Assembly (NCBI GenBank): GCA_016928995.1
Contig: JAFGJS010000094.1
Span: 311 to 64,310, forward strand
Length of the DNA: 64,000 nt
Direction: 5' to 3'
From: Candidatus Sumerlaeota bacterium
GTDB taxonomy: Bacteria > Sumerlaeota > Sumerlaeia > JAFGJS01
In this document: in pieces, positions 9,283 through 17,100 of the stretch
Layout of the letters: each line of letters opens with the position of its first letter
Numbering within the stretch: position 1 is the first letter of the stretch
Notes under the pieces: generated by a model
Databases searched by the model: none
The model's input: only the letters and a program-made list of their open reading frames with translations
Told to the model about the DNA's origin: nothing
Program-made: the position numbers and the translations under genes

Positions 9283-10119
9283 TCATTCCGGCAGTTTCGC
9301 GTCGGGCGCGTCTTGTTGCGGTTCGGCTTGTTCCTGCGGCGCGGCGTCGGCTTGTTCGGCCAGGCCAACGAGGCGCTCAAACTCGGTGTTGCTTTGCGAC
9401 TCCATCGCGTAACGCAAAAATTCATCCTCCTGCAACTTGGTATCCGTGCCGGCGAGTTCCTTGGAGAGTTTGGCCTCGGCCTTGATCTCGTTGCGCAACC
9501 GGCGCAGGCGCTGAAGCTCCTCGCTCGATTTGTCCACGGCGATACCGCTGAGCAGATCGTTGACTTCTTTCTCCTGCTTGGCCGAGATGATATCGGCGAC
9601 GGCTTCGCTCGATTCGGAGCGGATCTGTTCGATCTCCTGCATGTGGTCCTTCAACTGCAGTTTGTGCTCCGTGATGCTCTTGGTGTACTGCTCGACGTCC
9701 GTCTCCAGCTCAGCGATGTACGTCTGCTTTTCCTGCAGCGAAGATGTAAAGTCGTTGTACGCGCCAAGGCACTTCATGTAGTCGTCGTCGCGCTTGACAT
9801 CGTCCTCCGCGGCGCCTTGCTGCGTCAGCTGCTGCACGCGCTGCCGGGCTTTGGCCAGCGCACCGGCTTTCAGGTTTTCCAGCCGCTCCACTTCGCCGGT
9901 GAGCTGCTTGAGGCGTTCGATTTTTTGCTCCTTCTGCGCCACGAGCGCGCCAAGGGCCTGCTTGTACTGGTCGATCTGCTGCGTGCGTTTTTTGATGATG
10001 CGCTCGTACTTCGTGCGGATCGCCCCGGCGTCGGTGTCCATGCCGCGCCGTGAAGAATCGATCCTGCCTGTCAATAAATCGCCCAACGACCGGAACCAAC
10101 GTCCAATTGCGCCGAACAT
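9283..10119 (-). CDS. PspA/IM30(Vipp1)-like, ESCRT-III-fold coiled-coil protein
   Basis: Amphipathic N-terminal helix MFGAIGRWFRSLGDLLTG, long helical hairpin, C-terminal helices (LQEDEFLRYA...EFERLVGL) and a low-complexity tail; AAGGAG RBS; flotillin/YqiJ context. Confidence 0.7.
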   Translation of the reverse strand: MFGAIGRWFRSLGDLLTGRIDSSRRGMDTDAGAIRTKYERIIKKRTQQIDQYKQALGALVAQKEQKIERLKQLTGEVERLENLKAGALAKARQRVQQLTQQGAAEDDVKRDDDYMKCLGAYNDFTSSLQEKQTYIAELETDVEQYTKSITEHKLQLKDHMQEIEQIRSESSEAVADIISAKQEKEVNDLLSGIAVDKSSEELQRLRRLRNEIKAEAKLSKELAGTDTKLQEDEFLRYAMESQSNTEFERLVGLAEQADAAPQEQAEPQQDAPDAKLPE

Positions 10120-10149
10120 AGTATCGCTCCTTATTCGCTATTTGCTTTG

Positions 10150-10292
10150 TTTAACGCAAAGACGCAAAGGCGCAGAGATATCGTCAGAGCTGAAATTACT
10201 GTGTTGATTGCAAAGCGCCGTTCAAAAAAACCATAATCGATTTCCCATCAAAATCCCTTTGCGCCTTTGCGTCTCTGCGTCTTTGCGTTAAA
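10150..10292. repeat. Paired inverted 8-bp-period arms around a ~80-bp AT-rich non-coding spacer (empty cassette)
   Basis: TTA-ACGCAAAG ACGCAAAG GCGCAGAG (10154-10177) and CTTTGCGC CTTTGCGT CTCTGCGT CTTTGCGT-TAA (10257-10288). Confidence 0.85.
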
Positions 10293-10831
10293 TTTTTCTT
10301 TTTTTGAAACCTATTTTTTCTTTCGCTGTCTATGATATTGAAACAACAGGGAACGGAAAAAGTTCCCATAAAACGCACGAGTCTCTTCGGAGTTTTCCGC
10401 GCATGGCGCGTCAGCGCGGAAATCTTGGAGGAGACGCGGCGAAGGAACGCAGCACAAGGTTCGCCTGCCTCTTCCGATGCGTTTGCGGCCATATCAGGCT
10501 GTCCGCATCCGGCGCACGGGTTTTCCCGGCATGGCGAGCGCCTCACGCGAAAGGCGCTGATGCCGGCCGGGACGCCAGACAAATAACCCAAATATTGTTT
10601 GCATTTCGGCCTGTTTTCTTGAAACTAGACCATGTGCCGCGTTGAAGGCAATCATTTTCCACGCGGCGCATGCATGGCGCGGGCGTCCTTGCCTGGCGCC
10701 GAATCGCAGGCGGCGCGCCTGCCCTCGTTCCCGCGATCCACGCCGGTGGTTTTTGCTTCGCGCGCACGGGCCGAAGCGAATTTCAAGAAAACGCCAGATT
10801 TTAGAAAGTCCGCCCAACGGAGGACAGAACG

Positions 10832-11584
10832 ATGATGGAATTCATCGGCATGTGCTTTGCGACGCAGAATGTGCTTTATACAATTCTGCTGATCTGCGTC
10901 CTGCTCTATTGGTGCATCTACATCACGGGCGCGTTTGGATCGGAAGCGCTCGACCTGCATCTGGATGGGGGGGCGGATGTGGGTGCGGATGCGGATGTGG
11001 ATGTGGGCGGCGTGGATCTCGACGCCGATGCAGGCGGCGAGCTGCATGTTGACGGCGACCTGCATGCGGATGGTTTGGACGCCGATGCGAGCGCGGATGG
11101 CGCGCATGTCGTGGCGCACGAGGGCGGAGACGCCCTGATCAGCACGTTGCGCTTTGTCTGGGCCGGCGAAGTGCCGGTGACGCTGATCTTCACAATCCTG
11201 ATTTTCATGATGTGGGCGTCTTCGATGATGGCTCACAGCATCCTGGGATCGCATTACACGCTGTGGATGTCGCTCTCGCTGATCCTGCCGAACTTTGTGC
11301 TGGGATTGATTCTTACGCGCCTGGCGTTGTGGCCGTTCGTCCCGCTGTTGCGCAACGTGTTTCAATCCGACAGCGATGAAAAACCAGTGATCGGCCATTC
11401 ATGCCGGGTAGTGTCGATGAGCGTGACAGAGGCTCACGGCCAATGCGAAGTGGATTACGAGGATCAATCGATCGTGCTGCAGGTTCGGTCGGCCAGCGGC
11501 GAAACGTTGCGCAAAGGCGACCTGGCCCTAATCAGCCACTACAATAAAGAAAAGGATGCATACATCGTGACGAAGATCGAGTAG
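10832..11584 (+). CDS. YqiJ/NfeD-like membrane protein with C-terminal OB-fold (flotillin partner)
   Basis: N-terminal TM, Asp/His-rich loop, GEVPVTL motif, further TMs, C-terminal VIGHSCRVVS...GQCEV...VLQVRS...LRKGDLALI; directly upstream of a flotillin. Confidence 0.8.
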   Translation: MMEFIGMCFATQNVLYTILLICVLLYWCIYITGAFGSEALDLHLDGGADVGADADVDVGGVDLDADAGGELHVDGDLHADGLDADASADGAHVVAHEGGDALISTLRFVWAGEVPVTLIFTILIFMMWASSMMAHSILGSHYTLWMSLSLILPNFVLGLILTRLALWPFVPLLRNVFQSDSDEKPVIGHSCRVVSMSVTEAHGQCEVDYEDQSIVLQVRSASGETLRKGDLALISHYNKEKDAYIVTKIE

Positions 11585-11681
11585 CAAACATCAGCCGAAA
11601 CAATCGCGCTTGTGAGTGCGTTTAAATCGAAAATAAAATCATAATACTTCATATCTTTCACATCGGAAGGAGACGCAAGCA

Positions 11682-13850
11682 ATGTCACTCGTAACAGGCA
11701 TGGCCAACATTGCGGGGGTTGTTTTGGGGCAAGTGCCCCCAGGGACGATGTTTCAAATTCTCTTCATTCTGGGAATCATGCTGGCCGTTTTCCTCTGTGT
11801 GGCTTTCATCGCAATGGTGTTGCGATGCTACCGCAAAGTTGAGCAAGGCACGGCGTTGATCAAGGTCGGGCCAAAAAATCCGACGGTGCACTTCTCGCGG
11901 GCGATTATCTGGCCGATCATCAACCGGGCGGAGATCATGGACATCTCGGTGAAACGCATCGAAATTTTCCGCCACGGCTCGGAGGGCTTGAACTGCAAGG
12001 ACAACCTGCGCGCGGACATCAAGGTGGCGTTTTTCGTGCGCGTGAATCCATTGCCGCAGGACGTGCTGAAAGTGGCCGGTTCCATCGGCAGCGCCCGCGC
12101 CTCAGAGCCGAAGGCGCTAGTGGAACTATTCGACGCCAAGTTTTCTGAAGCGCTGAAGACCGTCGGCAAAAAGTTCGATTTCGAGCAGCTCTACACCTCG
12201 CGCGATGAGTTCAAGGAAGAGATCATTAAGATCATTGGCCGCGATTTGAACGGCTACTTGCTGGAGGACGCGGCGATCGACTACTTGGAGCAAACGCCTC
12301 TTGAGCAACTGGAGCCGAACAATATTCTCGACGCCGAGGGCATCAAGAAAATCACCGACCTGACGGCGAAACAGGCGAAACTGGCCAATGAGATTCAGCG
12401 CGACAAGGAAAAGGTGATCCGCAAACAGGACGTCGAAGCGCGCGAGACGATCCTTGAACTCGATCGGCAGCAGGCCGAGGCGGAGGAAAAGCAGAAACGT
12501 GAAATCGCCGTGATTGCCGCGCGCGAACGCGCCGAGGCGGCGAAGGTGCAGCAGGAAGAGCATCTGCGCGCCGAGCAGGCCCGCATCCACACCGAGGAAG
12601 AGGTGCAGGTGCAGGAGCAGAACAAGGACCGCCAGATCATCGTGGCGCAACGCAACAAGGAACGCACTGACGGCGTGGAGCAGGAACGCGTGCAGAAAGA
12701 GCGCCAACTCGAGGCGACCGAGCGCGAGCGCGTGGTGCAGCTGGCGCAGATCGAGAAGGACAAGGCGGTCGAGGTCGAGAAGAAGGCGATTCAGGACGTG
12801 ATCCGCGAGCGCGTGATGGTGCAACGCGCCGTGGTCGAAGAGGAGCAGAAGATCCTGGACACGGAAGAATTCGCGAAAGCCGAGCGCGCCAAGCGCGTGG
12901 CTATCGTGGCCGCCGAGAAGGAAGCGCAGGAAGGCCTGGTGAAGCAGGTGAAGAGCGCCGAGGCGGCGCGCGACAGCGCGAAGTTCAAAGCCGAAGAGGA
13001 AGTCACGCTGGCTGAAGCCGAGCGCGCCGCGGCGGAAAAGGAAACAGCCGCGAAGAAGATGCTGGCCGAAGGCATCGCGGCGGAAGAGGCCGCCATAGGC
13101 ATCGCCGAAGCCACGGTGATCGAAAAGAAGGCCCTGGCCGAGGCTGCGGGCTTGACCGCCAAGGCCGACGCCGTGGAGAAACACGGCACGGCGGAGGCGA
13201 CCGTGATCGAGCGCAAGATCACCGCCGAAGCCAAGGGTCAGGAAGCCAAGGCCGTGGCCATCGAGAAACAAGGCGCGGCCGAGGCTGCCGTGATGCAGAT
13301 GAAGTTCGAGGCGGACGCCAAGGGCATCACGGACAAGGCCGGAGCGATGAAAATCTTCAACGAAGCAGGCAAGGAACACGAGGAGTTCAAACTGCGCCTG
13401 CAGAAGGACAAGGACGTGGAACTGGCGGCCATCGACGCACAGCGCAAGATCGCCGAACAGCAGGCCGGCGTGCTGGGCGAGGCGCTCAAGCAGGCCCGCA
13501 TCGACATCGTGGGCGGCGAGACGGAGTTCTTCGACCGCATCACCAAGGCCATCTCGGGCGGCAAGGCCATGGATCGCTGGATCGACAACAGCCGCGTGCT
13601 GACCGACGTGAAGAACACCTTCTTCAACGGCGACAACGCGCAATTCCGCGAGCGACTGCATGACTTCATCGAGCAGTTCGGGCTGGACAGCGAGGACGTG
13701 AAAAACCTGAGCGTGGCCGCGCTGATCGGCAAGTTGATCGGCTTGGCCGACAAAGACGCCGACAAACGCGAACTCAAAAACGTGCTCAACATCGTGCGCA
13801 CGGCCGGCATCGAAGACAAGACGCTCAAAGACCTTGGTCTGAGCAAGTAA
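11682..13850 (+). CDS. Flotillin/SPFH (band 7) family protein, YqiK-like, with extended AEA/EA coiled-coil tail
   Basis: N-terminal TM then YRKVEQGTALI, MDISVKRIEI.R.G.EGLNCKDNLRADIKVAFFVRVN, FSEALKTVG, LDAEGIKKIT, AEA flotillin repeats, ARIDIVGGETEFFDR. Confidence 0.93.
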   Translation: MSLVTGMANIAGVVLGQVPPGTMFQILFILGIMLAVFLCVAFIAMVLRCYRKVEQGTALIKVGPKNPTVHFSRAIIWPIINRAEIMDISVKRIEIFRHGSEGLNCKDNLRADIKVAFFVRVNPLPQDVLKVAGSIGSARASEPKALVELFDAKFSEALKTVGKKFDFEQLYTSRDEFKEEIIKIIGRDLNGYLLEDAAIDYLEQTPLEQLEPNNILDAEGIKKITDLTAKQAKLANEIQRDKEKVIRKQDVEARETILELDRQQAEAEEKQKREIAVIAARERAEAAKVQQEEHLRAEQARIHTEEEVQVQEQNKDRQIIVAQRNKERTDGVEQERVQKERQLEATERERVVQLAQIEKDKAVEVEKKAIQDVIRERVMVQRAVVEEEQKILDTEEFAKAERAKRVAIVAAEKEAQEGLVKQVKSAEAARDSAKFKAEEEVTLAEAERAAAEKETAAKKMLAEGIAAEEAAIGIAEATVIEKKALAEAAGLTAKADAVEKHGTAEATVIERKITAEAKGQEAKAVAIEKQGAAEAAVMQMKFEADAKGITDKAGAMKIFNEAGKEHEEFKLRLQKDKDVELAAIDAQRKIAEQQAGVLGEALKQARIDIVGGETEFFDRITKAISGGKAMDRWIDNSRVLTDVKNTFFNGDNAQFRERLHDFIEQFGLDSEDVKNLSVAALIGKLIGLADKDADKRELKNVLNIVRTAGIEDKTLKDLGLSK

Positions 13851-13859
13851 CGCGAGAAC

Positions 13860-13889
13860 GGAGCGCCGCGATTTACATCGCGGCGCTCC
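13860..13889. other. GC-rich 13-bp-stem intergenic hairpin (REP-like or mRNA stability element)
   Basis: GGAGCGCCGCGAT-TTAC-ATCGCGGCGCTCC, without a strong U-tract. Confidence 0.55.
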
Positions 13890-13908
13890 TTCAAAAGGAT
13901 AACTAGTC

Positions 13909-14103
13909 ATGATTTCCGGCGAAGAAGCCGTGCGGCGCATCAAACGCGTGTCTGAAATGCGCAAGCTGATCCTGACGCTCAAGCGCAATGCGCTGGAGCA
14001 ATGGAAGCGCGGCGAGCTCGACGTGAAGCCGGAGCTCGACATCCGTAGCGATGTGGAATACTGGCAGAATCTTGCAGACCAGCGCTCGCGCAATATGCAT
14101 TAG
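13909..14103 (+). CDS. Small hypothetical helical protein (64 aa)
   Basis: AAAGGA RBS, GC3-biased codons, lies co-directionally between flotillin and the giant ATPase. Confidence 0.55.
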   Translation: MISGEEAVRRIKRVSEMRKLILTLKRNALEQWKRGELDVKPELDIRSDVEYWQNLADQRSRNMH

Positions 14104-14150
14104 CCCGGCCATTCTGAAGGGCTTTCAATCACGATTGAAGAAATTGAACC

Positions 14151-17100
14151 ATGGCTGAAACCAACGAAAATAACATCGTACAAAACGGCGCGGAGAACGG
14201 CGGCGCTGAGCAGCAGCCCAAGGCGCAGGAGCAGCAACTGGAGCGCGGAACGTATGAGATCATCCGCAACCGGTTGAACAAGGCTGGCAAATCCTTGCGC
14301 GAACGGCTGAATTCGCTGAACGACGAGCGCAAGAAAGTCTTCGGCTCCATCGACACGAAGCTGCTCGCCACGGAGCGGATCACAACCGATCATAATTGCA
14401 TCCCGCGCGACATGATCCCGATCGGCGGCGATCGTTTCCTCTTCGGCTACAACGTCATGCTCGGACTGAAGAGCGTGACGGAAATCAGCGACGTCTTCTC
14501 CAAGTACGAGTTCAAGGATCATCAGTTCCACCGGCAAGAGCTGAAAATGCTCGCCGATGAAAACTTCCTGCGGGATTTTCGCGAGCTGTATAAATATTAC
14601 CGCAACACGCAATTCGCCCGGTTCGCGCTCCAGCCGCCGCATCTCTACATGGTTTTCCGCATCAGCCAAGAGCTGAACGACATCAAGGCCTTCAAGTGGC
14701 TGCTCAGCGAGGGCTCGCTGAAATATATCGACAACCGCAGCGACCCAGAGGTGCGCTTCCCCGCGCAGCACGACTTCGTCTGGAAACGCGTGCGGCGCGA
14801 CATGCATATCGGCGGCGAGTTTCCGCACATCTCCATCGAAGACCGCATCTTCGTGGAGACGACCGGCGGCGACCTGACGATCAAGATTGAAAACAACACG
14901 ACGACCGGCGAGGGCATTTACAGCGAACCGGTGGTTGATCCGGACCAGACGCTCGACGATGCGGAGTTTCAATACGCCATCGTGGGCAACCTGATCCTGC
15001 TGCGCATCCGGCCCTATCAGGAGCAGGCGTATCGCTACCTGGTCTATAGCGAGAAAACGCGCGCCGTGAAGCGCATCGACTCCATCGAACATTCGTGCGT
15101 GTTCCTGCCGGACGACCACGGGATCATATTCTCGAACGGTTACTTCCTGCAGACCGGCGAATACAAGGTGTTCGAGAGCGAATTGCGCGGGATGACGTTC
15201 CTGAAAAAAATCCCGTCGCCCAACGGCGAGGATTTCCTTTTCGTCTTCTACAATCGGCGCGAAGGCGTCTACATGCTGCTGCCCTACAATCTCATCGAGC
15301 AGAAATGCGAAAATCCGATTGTGTGCAACGGCTTCTCGCTGTTCGACGACGGCGAGATGATCTACTTCAAGCGCCAGCCGGAACCGCAAAAGCATCACCC
15401 GATCCAGATCTGGCAAACACCGTTCACCAGCGAGGACTACGAACCGCCGCGCGAAACCGACTCCTACCTGTATAAGATCGGCAACAAGGAGATCGTGCGC
15501 GGCATGGCCGAATGCCACGAAGTGCTGCAGCTGATCGGCAAGGAAGACAGTTACGAAAACCTGTTCCTCGATATCACGAAAAACGTCACGGACATTCTTG
15601 ACGCGTATTACTGGATCAGCGACGAGCAGACGTATAATCTGCGGCGCGACCTGGAGCCGATCCGCGAAGCGGCTCAGGCGGCCATCGCCGAGTATGAAAA
15701 AGTCGTGGCTGTGCGGCACAACACAGAGCGGCAATTCAAGAAAGTCTCCGAGCGCACGGCGCAGATCGTGCAAGAGGTTTACTCGCGCCGGTTCGAGGTG
15801 ATCCACGATTTCGTCAAATCGCTTGCGGACTTGCGCGCGGTGCGCGGCGAAATCATCGGCCTGCGCGAACTGCGCTACATCGACAACGCCGCGGTGGATG
15901 CGCTGGAGGCGGAAGTCACCGGGAACACCAACAAAGCCGCCAACCGCTGCGTGGAGTTTCTGCTCAAGCCCGAAGCGCTGACGCCTTATCAGCAAGCAGT
16001 GCAGGAGCATAACAAGGCGATCGACGAGCAAAAGAAAGTCTCCGACGCGAAACGGCTGGAGGAAAAAATCGCCGGCAGCGCGTCCGAACTCGAAATGCTG
16101 ATCGAGATCGTGAGCAACCTGAAGATCGACGACGCGACGCAGCGCACCACGATTATCGACAACATTTCCGCGATCTTCTCGCAGCTCAACCAGACGCGCG
16201 CCGGTCTGAAAAACAGAATCAAGGAACTCGCCGAAGTCGAGGGCGTGGCGGAATTCAATTCGCAGATCAAACTGCTCAACCAAGGCGTGGTGAACTACAT
16301 CGACATCTGCGACACGCCGGAAAAGTGCGAGGAGTACCTGACCAAGCTGATGATCCAGGTGGAAGAACTCGAAGGCCGCTTCGCGGAATTCGACGTATTC
16401 GTCGTCCAGCTGGCGGAAAAACGCGAGGAAATCTACAACGCCTTCGAGTCTCGCAAGCTGCAGCTCGTGGAAGCGCGCAACAAACGCGCCTCGTCGCTGA
16501 TGAGCGCCGCCGACCGCATCCTGAAAGGCATCAAGACGCGCGTCGATTCGTTCGAGGAGATCAATCAGATCAACGGCTACTTCGCCTCGGACCTGATGAT
16601 CGAAAAGGTGCGCGACATCGTCGCTGAACTGCTCGAACTCGACGACACCGTGAAGGTAGACGACATCCAGAGCCGCCTGAAGACGATCCGCGAGGACGCC
16701 GTCCGGCAATTGAAGGACCGGCAGGACCTGTACGCCGAAGGCCCGAACATCATCAAACTCGGCCGCCATCGTTTCTCGGTCAACACGCAGACGCTCGACC
16801 TCACCACGGTGCTACGCGACGGAGAATTGTTCTACCACCTGAGCGGCACGAATTTTTTCGAAAAGATCACCGATCCGGAATTGCTCGTCACGCGCGAATG
16901 CTGGACGCAGGAAGTCGTGTCGGAAAACGGCAAGGTCTATCGGGGCGAGTACCTGGCATATCAAATGTTCAATGCGCTGGAAACGGGCGCCCTGCCGGAC
17001 GCCGCTACTCTGCGCGCCATGAGAGACGGGGATTTGCTGGCTGAAGTGCAGCGCTTCATGGGGCCGCGCTACAGCGAAGGCTACGTCAAAGGCGTGCACG

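Noticed and set aside
5832-10292. CRISPR array interpretation of the recurring ~25-30 bp repeats
   Set aside because: Copies are in mixed orientation, internally periodic and separated by whole genes; no constant spacer length and no cas genes.
10120-10831. Sigma54 promoter, as expected for enterobacterial pspA
   Set aside because: Candidates such as TGGCGCCGAATCGCA have GG-N9-GC or other wrong spacing; no PspF-like activator nearby.
12126-16769. Long antisense ORFs (655 aa and 889 aa), and similar shadows opposite proS, PL11 and the ABC genes
   Set aside because: Shadow frames of high-GC3 sense genes with no recognisable motifs.
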